Made by a program: the position numbers and the translations under genes
Notes under the pieces: generated by a model
What the model was told of the DNA's origin: nothing
Seen by the model: the letters and a program-made list of their open reading frames with translations, nothing else
Databases searched by the model: none
Assembly (NCBI GenBank): GCA_942493035.1
Contig: OW818666.1
Location: 4,129,464-4,193,463 of the forward strand
Origin: an uncultured Spirochaetota bacterium
GTDB taxonomy: Bacteria > Spirochaetota > UBA4802 > UBA5550
Reading direction: 5' to 3'
DNA: 64,000 bases
Part shown: positions 49,053 to 58,876 of the stretch, piece after piece
How positions within the stretch are numbered: position 1 is the stretch's first letter
Layout of the letters: each line of letters starts with the position of its first letter

Positions 49053-51230
49053 TTATTTACTGAAAACTCTATCTAGAAATGCAATCATCTCTTCGGAAAC
49101 CTCTTTCAATTCTTTTCCTCTTACAATCCCATGCCGGTCAGATTTTATTTTAATAAGTTCCCTGTCGTGTGAACTTATTTTTGAATATATCTCATCGGCG
49201 CTTTGAGGATTAACAACCGGATCACCTGTAGCCTGGATAATTAGTGCGGGTATATTAATTTTTGAAAGATTCGCTTCTACATGTTTCATCAGCTTGCCGA
49301 GTTCATAGGTTCCGTTAATCGGATTTCTCGAATAGTTTATATCGGGATTTTCCGGAGTATTGGGGACAAACTCCATCTTCCCTTTTCCGATTTTGAATTT
49401 TTTCAGTATAGTGTTGAAAAAACTTACGGCTCCGGTAAGAGATGTTTTTATATCCTGAAGTCTTAATGGTGCGCTGATAGCAACAAGTGCTTTCAGTTTA
49501 GGTCCTTTCTGTGAAGCCTGAAGAAGAGCCAGTCCGGCTCCGGTGGAGAATCCGGCAACTGCAAATTCGCTTACACTGTTTTTCATTACAACATAACCTC
49601 TGTTTACAGACTCGTTCCAGTCCTGCCATCTCCGTCCGGAGAGATCTTCGGGTGTAGTCCCGTGACCGCGAAGCCTTACACCATATACTGAATAACCGGC
49701 TCTGTAAAGCTTATCAGCAAGTAATTTTACCTCTTTCGGAGCAGCCATGTAGCCGTGGATAAGAATTACGCCCTTTGTGTTAAACATGTTATGAAGAAAA
49801 AAAGGTTCACCTACAGATTCCGGTTTTGAAACGCCCTCTCTAAAATAATTATTATAATCCTCCTGAAATAGTTTCTGATCAAGTTTCAGGAACGTATCTC
49901 TTATTTTTATTTTTACAAGCCATGGAGTCATGAACATAATACGCCGGAGCATTGTAGTGAGTTCAGTTAAAGGCTCTATCTCGTTCTTAAGAACTTCAAT
50001 GAAGTTGTCTTTCCGTACAATATGGAAGTTGTATAACAGGGCGAATTTACCCATATTTTTTATTATTTTGTCACCTTTGATTTCGACAAGATTATTTTTA
50101 ACAGCCTCTTCCATGAAGCTGTCATATTTTTCATGGAAGACATCTGATCCGATATTGTCATGCCGCTTTATCAAAGTGGAATGGAAGGAATACTTTTTAA
50201 ATTTTTTGATTCTCTCCATTGCAAGAGATGCCCTGTTTTTGAAGTCATAATCACTAATGGAATTTTTAGGATAGTTCGCAAGAATATATGCAAAAATATG
50301 ATCATGATTTACTGTGGTCATTCCGTAAATGGAATCCATATAATCCTGCATAACTTTAATGCTGAGTTTATTTATATAATCACTGTCGCCAATCTCTCCG
50401 AAGCATGTCTCCTGTCTGCATGAAAAAATATTTTTGATTATAGATGTTTTGCTTACATAATCCGACATCTTCAACGCTTTGCCGAAGTTAATATCGATGT
50501 CCACACCTTTGGTCAGCATTGTCCCTTCGATTTCGAGCTCCTCAGCGACCCGTTCGGAAGTCTCTCCGGTAAATTTTTCCACCATTCTCTTGATGAGATT
50601 ATTCCTTGCTCTGATAGGATAATAAGTAATATTTACGGGGACTATATATGTTGAGCCTGTAAGTATACTCCCTAAGTCCTCTTTGTTGAAACTATATACA
50701 TCCTTGATTATTTCAATATCCTCGAATCTTTTTTTCTCGTAGAGTTTTTTTATAATCTGTCTGTAGATTTCAACATGGATTGCAATTTTAGCTGCACCGG
50801 TATGCGGCGGCCGTCTTATTCCTGTATTGTAAATGAGAAATTTCCCTTTTTCTATAAGTTTTTTATCCTTGATCATCTGACCTTCAGGGAATATAATTAC
50901 GTTCATTTTCCCTGTTAGAAGAGCATTGGCCAGAATTTTGTCTCTGTTGGGATCTTTTGTAGAAACGGCACCCATTTTGTGAAGTATAGATTCAAGTTTT
51001 CCTTTAAAAAAAGATGAATCAGCAAGGGATAGAGAATGCTGCTTTGTATATTTATGGATTACATACGGCAGGAAAGCCGTTTCCATTCTTGTGAAATGAT
51101 TTACTGCAAAAAGCACATGGCTTGCCGGAATATTCTCTACTCCATGGACGCGTATGTCAGCCTCCGATGCCTTGAAAACAGCATCAAGTGTAAGCTTCGC
51201 AGCACTCAGCATAAAATTAGAAAGCGGCAT
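49053..51230 (-). CDS. Acyltransferase (PlsC/PlsB-like) fused to an alpha/beta-hydrolase
   Basis: NHFTR.E, FPEG, VPVNITY; C-terminal IHGY, GFSTG nucleophile elbow, DPVV, HG. GGAGGT RBS favours ATG 51230. Confidence 0.85.
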   Translation of the reverse strand: MPLSNFMLSAAKLTLDAVFKASEADIRVHGVENIPASHVLFAVNHFTRMETAFLPYVIHKYTKQHSLSLADSSFFKGKLESILHKMGAVSTKDPNRDKILANALLTGKMNVIIFPEGQMIKDKKLIEKGKFLIYNTGIRRPPHTGAAKIAIHVEIYRQIIKKLYEKKRFEDIEIIKDVYSFNKEDLGSILTGSTYIVPVNITYYPIRARNNLIKRMVEKFTGETSERVAEELEIEGTMLTKGVDIDINFGKALKMSDYVSKTSIIKNIFSCRQETCFGEIGDSDYINKLSIKVMQDYMDSIYGMTTVNHDHIFAYILANYPKNSISDYDFKNRASLAMERIKKFKKYSFHSTLIKRHDNIGSDVFHEKYDSFMEEAVKNNLVEIKGDKIIKNMGKFALLYNFHIVRKDNFIEVLKNEIEPLTELTTMLRRIMFMTPWLVKIKIRDTFLKLDQKLFQEDYNNYFREGVSKPESVGEPFFLHNMFNTKGVILIHGYMAAPKEVKLLADKLYRAGYSVYGVRLRGHGTTPEDLSGRRWQDWNESVNRGYVVMKNSVSEFAVAGFSTGAGLALLQASQKGPKLKALVAISAPLRLQDIKTSLTGAVSFFNTILKKFKIGKGKMEFVPNTPENPDINYSRNPINGTYELGKLMKHVEANLSKINIPALIIQATGDPVVNPQSADEIYSKISSHDRELIKIKSDRHGIVRGKELKEVSEEMIAFLDRVFSK

Positions 51231-51251
51231 GTGCAACCTCCATGTATTATA

Positions 51252-51668
51252 TCAGTACTTATTATTAAAATAATCTTCAAGTATTTGTTTATGGTCAAAT
51301 GCCATTTCGTCAGGTATCTCATTCTGTAGAAAAACAGCTGCCTCTGCGGCATCATCTCTCCCTTCTGGTGAACCTGAAGCAGAAGCAATAAAAACAGTTG
51401 ATATAGTATGATGACGAGGATCTCTTGCTGGATCTGAATATGTATGAAACTGACGGATAAGATTTACTTTTAGCGCAGTCTCCTCTTCAGCTTCCCTCAT
51501 TGCAGCATCTTCAAGACTCTCGTCATAATCAACAAATCCCCCCGGAATAGCCCAACCGTATGGAGGATTTTTTCTTTTTATAAGTACAATGCCGTTTTTA
51601 CCGGCAGTTTCAGTCTCTATTATAATATCGACAGTGGGAAAGGGATTTCTGTAATTTTTATCAGTCAT
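51252..51668 (-). CDS. NUDIX hydrolase
   Basis: [26 protein letters not shown] Nudix box; SDPARDPR. Confidence 0.93.
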   Translation of the reverse strand: MTDKNYRNPFPTVDIIIETETAGKNGIVLIKRKNPPYGWAIPGGFVDYDESLEDAAMREAEEETALKVNLIRQFHTYSDPARDPRHHTISTVFIASASGSPEGRDDAAEAAVFLQNEIPDEMAFDHKQILEDYFNNKY

Positions 51669-52044
51669 AATGAAACCTCATATAATAATATTAATATGAA
51701 TATTTTCAATAAGCAAGCAATTAATATTTTTAAGAAAACGGAACAACGGGTTTAAATAGAGCATTTATTTATAAATTGTATGCAGCTTTTCATTGCAATT
51801 CCTCCCGGAGATACGGAGGCTGGAAAGAGATGTAATCATCAAAACAGTTGTGATAGATATACAGATATCAATAAAACAGGTTGACTAAATTTAATATATT
51901 TATAAATAATTGAACAATCGTACAACATTTATTCAGCAACTGACAGTGATGATTTAATTGTGATTATTTAAAAATACGTAGAATGCCTCTTTTATGTATT
52001 ACATCCGGTCATCACCGCCGAAAATAAAGTAAAGGAGTTATGCA

Positions 52045-52833
52045 ATGAAAGTAAAGGATATGTTTGATCTCTCGGGTAAAGTTGCTATTATAACCGGCGG
52101 AGGGAGAGGGATCGGGGAGTTTATGGCTGAAGGTCTGGCCGAGGCCGGGGCTGATATTGTTCTTGCATCACGAAAAGTAGAAACCTGTGAAGAGACCGGG
52201 AAGAGACTTGCTGCTGCAAATGGCGTGAAGTATCTTGCTGTAAAATGTGACCTTGCAAAAGAGGATGATATACAGAATCTTGTCGACTCAACTATGAAGG
52301 AATTTGGAAAGATTGATATTCTTATAAATAATTCAGGTGTAACCTGGGGGGCTCCGACTCTTGATTTTCCTATTGAGGGATGGGATAAGATTTTCAATGT
52401 TAACGTTCGCGGAGTATGGATTCTTACTCAGAAGATTGCAAATATCATGAAGGACAGCGGCGGCGGTAAAATTATAAATGTATCATCAATTTTCGGATCG
52501 AGAGGATCACTTGAGATTGCTCATCCTGCTGTGGCTTATAACTCATCTAAAGCTGCAATTGAAATTCTCACAAAAAATCTGGCAGTAAAACTGGCAGACC
52601 ATAAAATTTATGTAAACTGTATTGCCCCGGGATTTTTTCATACAGATATGATGGGATATGTTTTTAAACCCGGTATGGAGAATATGCTCAACGCAATGCT
52701 GAGTGTTATTCCGCTAAGAAAAGCAGGTGAGGCAGAGGATATCAAAGGACTTGCAGTATTCCTCTCATCAAAAGCATCAGATTTTATGACAGGCGCGATT
52801 ATTCCCCTTGATGGCGGAATGGCGGCGAAGTAG
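52045..52833 (+). CDS. Short-chain dehydrogenase/reductase
   Basis: TGGGRGIG, NNSG, VSS, YNSSK, VNCIAPGFF, DGG. Confidence 0.95.
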   Translation: MKVKDMFDLSGKVAIITGGGRGIGEFMAEGLAEAGADIVLASRKVETCEETGKRLAAANGVKYLAVKCDLAKEDDIQNLVDSTMKEFGKIDILINNSGVTWGAPTLDFPIEGWDKIFNVNVRGVWILTQKIANIMKDSGGGKIINVSSIFGSRGSLEIAHPAVAYNSSKAAIEILTKNLAVKLADHKIYVNCIAPGFFHTDMMGYVFKPGMENMLNAMLSVIPLRKAGEAEDIKGLAVFLSSKASDFMTGAIIPLDGGMAAK

Positions 52834-52854
52834 TTTAAATTATTTACTGATTTG

Positions 52855-53012
52855 TCTCCCCCATCGCTTTTGGGGGAGATGCCGCATCGCGGCAGAGGGG
52901 GCGCAGAGATTTAATATTATATTCAGGTTTTATAAAACTGGAAGATTGTTTTAATCTTCTCCCCCCCCCATCCGCCCGCCGGGCACCTTCCCCATGGTAA
53001 AATGGGGAAGGG
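52855..53012. repeat. Inverted pair of two-hairpin GC-rich elements between convergent genes
   Basis: 52855-52901 is the reverse-orientation analogue of 52963-53012 (CCCCC..TCCGCC...GGGCA CCTTCCCC...GGGGAAGG). Confidence 0.7.
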
Positions 53013-53026
53013 TTATCGACACGCTC

Positions 53027-54244
53027 TTACAGTTTTGAAATTTTATCCATCGCCTTGATTACGTTCTCTCTGCTGTTGAATGCGCTTATTCTTATGTACC
53101 CTTCACCGCACATTCCGAATCCTTCGCCGGGAGTACAGACTACTCCGAGTTTTGTAAGAAGCATGTCGAAGAAATCCCATGAACCGGTTTTAGTATTGAT
53201 CCAGATATATGGAGAGTTGTCTCCGCCTGTACATTCGTAACCCATGGCAGTCATTTTCTCTTTTACAATCTGAGCATTTCCCATGTAGTAATCTATAATC
53301 TCTTTAACCTGTTTCTTACCCTCTGCAGAGTAGACAGCTTCTGTTGCCTTCTGTACCGGGTATGAAACTCCGTTGAATTTTGTAGTATGCCTTCTGTTCC
53401 ATAATGCATTGAGTGAGTGCTTATTACCGGCTGCATCATAGGCCATACACTCTTTCGGAACTACAGTAAATGCGCATCTGGTTCCTGTGAAACCTGCAGT
53501 CTTTGAAAAGCTTCTGAATTCTACTGCAACCTCTTTTGCACCTTCGATTTCGTAAATGCTTTTTGGAAGAGATTCATCGCGGATAAATGCTTCGTATGCC
53601 GCATCATACAGGATGAGGGCCTTATTTTCACGGGCAAAGTCCACCCACGTTTTAAGCTGATCTTTTGTGATGGTGGCACCTGTGGGATTATTAGGAAAGC
53701 AGAGATAAATAAGATCAACAGGCTCTGTGGGGAGTTCCGGAACAAAACCGTTAGAAGCGGTACAGTTCATGTATACAAGATTTTCGTAGCGTCCATCGGT
53801 TAATACTCCTGTCCGGCCAGCCATTACGTTTGTGTCAACATATACAGGATAAACCGGATCGGGAATTGCAATTTTTGTATCGATTGAAAAGAGTTCCTGG
53901 AAATTTCCCGTGTCGCACTTTGCTCCGTCGCTTATAAAAATTTCATCAGCTGAAATATCAGCTCCTCTGCTTTTAAAGTCATTCTGTGCAATTGCCTCGC
54001 GTAGAAAATCGTATCCCTGTTCGGGTCCGTATCCGCGGAATGTTTTAGAAGAAGCCATCTCCTCAACTCCGGTGTGGAATGCCTTGATTATTTCCGAAGG
54101 GAGCGGCAGTGTAACATCGCCAATCCCCATTCTTATTATCTCCATATCCGGATTATTTTTCTGAAATGTTGAAACACGTTTTGATATTTCAGAAAAGAGA
54201 TAGGATGATTTCAGCTTAAGATAATTTTCGTTAATACGTATCAT
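53027..54244 (-). CDS. dapL: LL-diaminopimelate aminotransferase
   Basis: Start at MIRINENY (GGAGA RBS); [47 protein letters not shown]. Confidence 0.97.
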   Translation of the reverse strand: MIRINENYLKLKSSYLFSEISKRVSTFQKNNPDMEIIRMGIGDVTLPLPSEIIKAFHTGVEEMASSKTFRGYGPEQGYDFLREAIAQNDFKSRGADISADEIFISDGAKCDTGNFQELFSIDTKIAIPDPVYPVYVDTNVMAGRTGVLTDGRYENLVYMNCTASNGFVPELPTEPVDLIYLCFPNNPTGATITKDQLKTWVDFARENKALILYDAAYEAFIRDESLPKSIYEIEGAKEVAVEFRSFSKTAGFTGTRCAFTVVPKECMAYDAAGNKHSLNALWNRRHTTKFNGVSYPVQKATEAVYSAEGKKQVKEIIDYYMGNAQIVKEKMTAMGYECTGGDNSPYIWINTKTGSWDFFDMLLTKLGVVCTPGEGFGMCGEGYIRISAFNSRENVIKAMDKISKL

Positions 54245-54468
54245 TGGATTCTCCATTATTTTCAGGGGATTCACAGTTCTGATGATCTGTGGAAATTACA
54301 TCTATTTATAAAGTATATACTCGAAGCATGATGCAGAATTTCTGTCAAGGAGATGTAGTTCCGGTTTTTAAAATATTTTTCAGGAATGGAGTTTGATTAA
54401 GAATAATAATTAATCTGACTTACTATTTTATAACACTTTACGATTGAAATAAAACAATTTTTTTCAGA

Positions 54469-54554
54469 TGTCATTCCTGTGCAGACAGGAATCCATAGTT
54501 ATTATCAAATATATGTCAGCAAATAAATGGATCTCCGCCTTCGCGGAGATGACA
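54469..54554. repeat. dRS3/RPE-like palindromic doublet
   Basis: TGTCATTCCTGTGCAGACAGGAATCCA ... TGGATCTCCGCCTTCGCGGAGATGACA; each unit is a 6-8-6 palindrome and the two are inverted. Confidence 0.75.
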
Positions 54555-54848
54555 GCAATTACTAATTCATTCGTAAAATGCTATAGTCGGGCATTTATTG
54601 ATGATACATCTGATTTGCGGTGCCCCTTAAGTCCCTCTCCTATTTAGGGGGCTTCAGGGAAAATGATGGCGATTCCCGGAAATATTTTCACCGGAGTTTC
54701 TATAAAATTTCACTTTAAAAAAAATACATGTAAGACTGTGTAAAACTAGTATTAAAACAATATATAGTTAGAATAATCGCCAAATATAATAGTTTGTGTA
54801 ATTATAATAACTTAATATCTAACTTTTTATAAAATATTCAAAAAATAC

Positions 54849-54892
54849 TTGTAATTGCTCTATTGTTATATACAATTATACCAAATTGTATA
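54849..54892 (+). promoter_or_regulatory. Promoter with overlapping palindromic operator
   Basis: TTGTAA-N16-TACAAT; perfect TATACAATT-N6-AATTGTATA (54869-54892) just before the AAGGAG RBS. Confidence 0.55.
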
Positions 54893-54908
54893 ATTAAGGA
54901 GCTGACCC

Positions 54909-56624
54909 ATGAAAGAGAAGAAAGAAGCTCTTGCGGCTTCACAATATGTAAACCTGCTTCCAAACCTTGCGGATTATGTTGATCTCTATTCAAAGAAAAG
55001 AAAAAATTTCACAGCGCTGGCTGAATTCGACACAGGCGAGATAATCAGCTGGAAAAAGTTCAATCAATCGGTGAATGCCTTTGCGGCAAAACTCCTTTCA
55101 ATCGGATTTAAAAAGGGGGATATTATAGCAACATCACTCCCTCTTCTCAAGGAACATATTTACCTGATCTATGCATGTTATAGAACCGGAATTATAATCG
55201 CCCCTCTTGACCTTAGGTTGAAAGGGGAGGAGATCATATACTGTTTTGAAAAAATAAAACCTAAGGGATACTTTTTTCTGGGCAAAACTCCTCTGGCTGA
55301 TTTCCGTCCGATAATTTCTGAAGTTATGAAGAGTGTTACCGGTGTAGATCTCTGGGTACAGTTTCAGAAAGAACCGGAATTTATTCTGGATGGAGCTACC
55401 GGAATAACTGAATTTGCGAAGGATATAAAAAAGATTTTTATTAAAAGTCTTTTTACAGGTGCAGTTAAAAAAGCCAGGAAACTGGTTGAGAAGCGGGACC
55501 CATCCCTTATAATTTTTACTACTGGTTCAACGGGTTCACCCAAGCCGGCCCTTTTGTGTCATGAAAACATTCTGATTCAGAATATCGGACTATCCGTTGC
55601 GTTTGAACTTAATTCGGATGATGCCATGCTTGTAAATCTTCCGCCGTCTCATGTGGGGTGTATAACCGAACAGCTGGCCACGTCGATATTCGGAGGATGC
55701 AAGTCTGTTATCCTTCATATATTCAATGCCGAGAAGAGCCTTAAAGCCATTGAGCAGGAGAAGGTGACTGTTATCGGACAGATTCCTGCTCTGTTTAATC
55801 TTGAGTGGCAGCTTCCCGATTACAGTAAATATAATCTTTCATCTCTCCGCTTTATTTTATATGGAGGACAGGAGGTTCCCGTTGAATTTCTTAAGAAGAT
55901 GCAGGCAATGGCTCCGAAGATCGGTACAGGGCTGGGTCTTACAGAGACTGCGGGTTTCTGCACATATACAGATGTGGATGCAATGGTAACGGAGATTGCA
56001 AGAAGTATAGGCTATGACATGAAGCTTACTCCCATAAGTATAAGAGAACCGATGACAAGGGAAGGGCTTGCCGGAAAAGAGCTTTCAGCCGGAGACATCG
56101 GAGAGATATGTTTTGCCGGCCCGCAGATTTTTCTCGGATATTATAAGGATGAAGAGAATACAGCAAAAGCTGTTTCGAGAGACAGAGTCTGCTACACCGG
56201 TGATCTCGGCTATTACGACAATGAAGGGCTTCACTTTGTGGGACGGGCGAAATTTGTAATTAAACCTAAGGGTTATCAGGTGTATCCTCAGGATGTGGTA
56301 AATCATATATCGCAGAAACTCGGTGCAAGGGCATCGTCAATAGCCTGTGTCGGTGTTCCTCATGATATATATATGGAGGCGATTATTGCTTTTGTTGAAC
56401 CTGCACCTGGTTCGTTAATAACTCCGGAAGAGGTCATCAAATCATGCAGTGATATCTCATCTTACTCCAGGCCTTCATATGCTGTCATTCTTGAACCGGG
56501 GAAAATGCCTCTGAACCGCGTGGCAAAAGTTGACTATATGAACTTAAAGAAACAGGCAGTAACAATTATAGATGGTCTCAGGGAAAAAGGTGAATGGGAC
56601 AGAGGGGTTGACAGTCAGGAGTAG
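54909..56624 (+). CDS. AMP-forming acyl-CoA synthetase (class I adenylate-forming enzyme)
   Basis: IFTTGSTGSPK, GLTET, YTGDLG, GR, C-terminal AKVD lysine. Confidence 0.92.
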   Translation: MKEKKEALAASQYVNLLPNLADYVDLYSKKRKNFTALAEFDTGEIISWKKFNQSVNAFAAKLLSIGFKKGDIIATSLPLLKEHIYLIYACYRTGIIIAPLDLRLKGEEIIYCFEKIKPKGYFFLGKTPLADFRPIISEVMKSVTGVDLWVQFQKEPEFILDGATGITEFAKDIKKIFIKSLFTGAVKKARKLVEKRDPSLIIFTTGSTGSPKPALLCHENILIQNIGLSVAFELNSDDAMLVNLPPSHVGCITEQLATSIFGGCKSVILHIFNAEKSLKAIEQEKVTVIGQIPALFNLEWQLPDYSKYNLSSLRFILYGGQEVPVEFLKKMQAMAPKIGTGLGLTETAGFCTYTDVDAMVTEIARSIGYDMKLTPISIREPMTREGLAGKELSAGDIGEICFAGPQIFLGYYKDEENTAKAVSRDRVCYTGDLGYYDNEGLHFVGRAKFVIKPKGYQVYPQDVVNHISQKLGARASSIACVGVPHDIYMEAIIAFVEPAPGSLITPEEVIKSCSDISSYSRPSYAVILEPGKMPLNRVAKVDYMNLKKQAVTIIDGLREKGEWDRGVDSQE

Positions 56625-56632
56625 GGGGGACT

Positions 56633-57526
56633 ATGCTGATTAATAACATTACAGTATTCAGATCAATCTTCCGCAACATCAACTCCAAAGCGTTGAACCG
56701 GGGAATGATCGGCTATACGATTAAAAGGGATTTCGGGCCTTTCGGACTGAATGATATTCATGATTATGCAGATGCGACCTGTGATGATTTTAACAAGTAC
56801 ACATCTCATGAATCACCGGCACCTCCATTTTTCTTTTCGAAAGAGCTCTATCCGCTGTTCCGGGAGATCATCACACATCGGGGGCTGCATCTTAATCTTT
56901 TGAAAATGGTACATGGGCAGCAGAGCCTTAAATCATATGCTGCAGTTTCACATGAAGATCAATTCAGCATTGAGATGACAATTGCAGATATAACTGATAC
57001 TGCAGCGGGGGAGCTCCTTCTTGTTAAAACAAAGGGGAGTTCTCACGGGAAACTTATTCTTGAAGCTGAAACAGGATTTGTTGTCAGGGGAGTGGAGAAG
57101 CGGACCGGCGGTATATCAAAAAAAGAAAAATATGCTCTTCCCGATTATTCTGAAGAATCGGAAGTCAGGTTTTTGATAAATACTGTAAAAGGGCAGGAGA
57201 AAAAATACGCAAAAGTTTCAAATGATACAAATCCGATTCATACAAGTACTCTGTTTGCTAAAGCTGCAGGCCTCCCCGGGAGGATTCTGCATGGAGTCTG
57301 CGTGATGGCCATGTGTACAAATTCTCTGATAGATGGGGTAGCAGGGAGAGATTCCGCCAGATTACGGGAAGTATCGGGAAGATTTTCTTATCCGGTTATA
57401 CCGGGTGATACTCTTACACTTATCGGTTACCGGACAGAGAGTAATGGAAAACATGGAATTAATTTTAATGTCTATTCCGGCAGCGGGAAAACTGTGATCA
57501 ATAAAGGGGTCTTTCTGTATAGCTGA
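56633..57526 (+). CDS. MaoC/PhaJ-type (R)-enoyl-CoA hydratase, double hot-dog fold
   Basis: SNDTNPIH (D-x4-H dyad), ILHG, F..PV.PGDTL. Confidence 0.88.
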   Translation: MLINNITVFRSIFRNINSKALNRGMIGYTIKRDFGPFGLNDIHDYADATCDDFNKYTSHESPAPPFFFSKELYPLFREIITHRGLHLNLLKMVHGQQSLKSYAAVSHEDQFSIEMTIADITDTAAGELLLVKTKGSSHGKLILEAETGFVVRGVEKRTGGISKKEKYALPDYSEESEVRFLINTVKGQEKKYAKVSNDTNPIHTSTLFAKAAGLPGRILHGVCVMAMCTNSLIDGVAGRDSARLREVSGRFSYPVIPGDTLTLIGYRTESNGKHGINFNVYSGSGKTVINKGVFLYS

Positions 57527-57581
57527 AAGGATTTCACGCCCGGCCCATCATGTGAAAAATATGGCGGGCGGGAGAAAAGCC

Positions 57582-58334
57582 TTATCTCCCTCTGGTATAT
57601 TCGCTTCTGATTTTTGAATATTCTTCACTTCTCGATGCCGAGTAAATTGAGAATCTGTTTTTACCTAAAAATTTTGCTTCGTACAGCGCATCGTCAGCTT
57701 TTTTCTGAAGATTTTTATACTCTTTATCAACATCATCTTTTTTTGCAGATGGATCTATACTAAGCCGGCATGATGTAATCCCTGCACTCATAGTAGTTTT
57801 TATCTTTTTTTTACTATCATAGTGAAAATTTATTTTTCGTGTTTCATCAAGAATTTTGTTCACATAAACCTCGGCACCGCTGAGATTTGTAGATGGGAGT
57901 ATTACATCAAACTCCTCCCCTCCGAAACGGATGACATAATCTGTGGGACGGGAGCAGTCTCTTATTATTCCGCTTACTTTTTTCAGAATTTCGTCACCGA
58001 GATCATGCCCGTAATTATTGTTGAATTTTGAAAAATCGTCAATATCAAATCTGACAAAACCGACTTCAAGATGAGGGAATCTGTTATTGCTCATAATCCG
58101 TGAAGCCGTTTTTACTATATCTGTAAGGTAGCTGTCGCTGTATTTTAGAAGTCCGGTTTTTTCATCAATATTCATCTTTTCACTAAGCAGTTTATATTTT
58201 TCCAGTAATGAAAAGTATTCAAGTTCGTTTTTCCATAATTCTTCAAGAATTGAATCATCTACAGCATCCTGCTCAAGAAGCATTGATATAATTTTTAATG
58301 TATTTATCTGGAAACTGTTTAGTTCTGTCGCCAT
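57582..58334 (-). CDS. Diguanylate cyclase (GGDEF)
   Basis: DEKTGLL, DIDDFSKFNNNYGHDLGD, RPTD I-site five residues before GGEEF, ADDALY.AK..GKN. Confidence 0.93.
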   Translation of the reverse strand: MATELNSFQINTLKIISMLLEQDAVDDSILEELWKNELEYFSLLEKYKLLSEKMNIDEKTGLLKYSDSYLTDIVKTASRIMSNNRFPHLEVGFVRFDIDDFSKFNNNYGHDLGDEILKKVSGIIRDCSRPTDYVIRFGGEEFDVILPSTNLSGAEVYVNKILDETRKINFHYDSKKKIKTTMSAGITSCRLSIDPSAKKDDVDKEYKNLQKKADDALYEAKFLGKNRFSIYSASRSEEYSKIRSEYTRGR

Positions 58335-58589
58335 TTTTCCTCATTTTTGTTGTTATAATAAAACCGACAGTATTCAAAAAAAGAGCAATAGTCAATAACA
58401 AATAATGATTATATTCATTTATTATCCGGATTATGTAACTTCAGTCGGGTTCACCGGCTCTCATTAGTGATTATTTTTAAATGAAAGCTTGATTTCTGAA
58501 ATTTCATTTATTAAATTTAAGCAGATGTCGATTAGAATAGCAGGTCTCAATTCCTGTTCAGGGAGGAACAGGTGACCGGGAGGTTTTCA

Positions 58590-58754
58590 ATGAATAATCT
58601 CATGAAAATGGATGATCGTGAGATACGGCAGGGTAAAATTTCAGGGGATCATGAAAAAGTAGATGATTTCAAAAAAAAGATCTCTGATGAAAAATATCTT
58701 GATCATGCAATATCAAAACTTGCCACTGATCTATCTCACTATTTAACCAAATGA
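58590..58754 (+). CDS. Small protein resembling the FlgM C-terminal helices
   Basis: GGGAGG RBS; EKVDDFKKKISDEKY...SKLA resembles EKVxxLKxxIxxGxY...xxIA. Alternative GTG start at 58572. Confidence 0.5.
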   Translation: MNNLMKMDDREIRQGKISGDHEKVDDFKKKISDEKYLDHAISKLATDLSHYLTK

Positions 58755-58807
58755 AGAAACTATTCAGCAGGCATATGCCTTAGCGGCATTTGCAGACTTA
58801 ATCTGAT

Positions 58808-58842
58808 AAACTGTACATCTCTCCCTGAGAGATGTACAGTTT
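58808..58842. terminator. Perfect 16-bp hairpin, likely terminator
   Basis: AAACTGTACATCTCTC-CCT-GAGAGATGTACAGTTT. Confidence 0.7.
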
Positions 58843-58876
58843 AAAAAATTTAAAATTTAAAATTGAAGATGCGATT

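Noticed and set aside
54658-54710. GGGAAATGATGGCGATTCCC resembling a fluoride riboswitch P1
   Set aside because: The downstream pseudoknot strand (ATGACxxCT) is missing and no fluoride-related gene follows.
58512-58534. Sigma28-like promoter TAAA...GTCGATTA before the FlgM-like gene
   Set aside because: Spacing is 11 nt instead of about 15.
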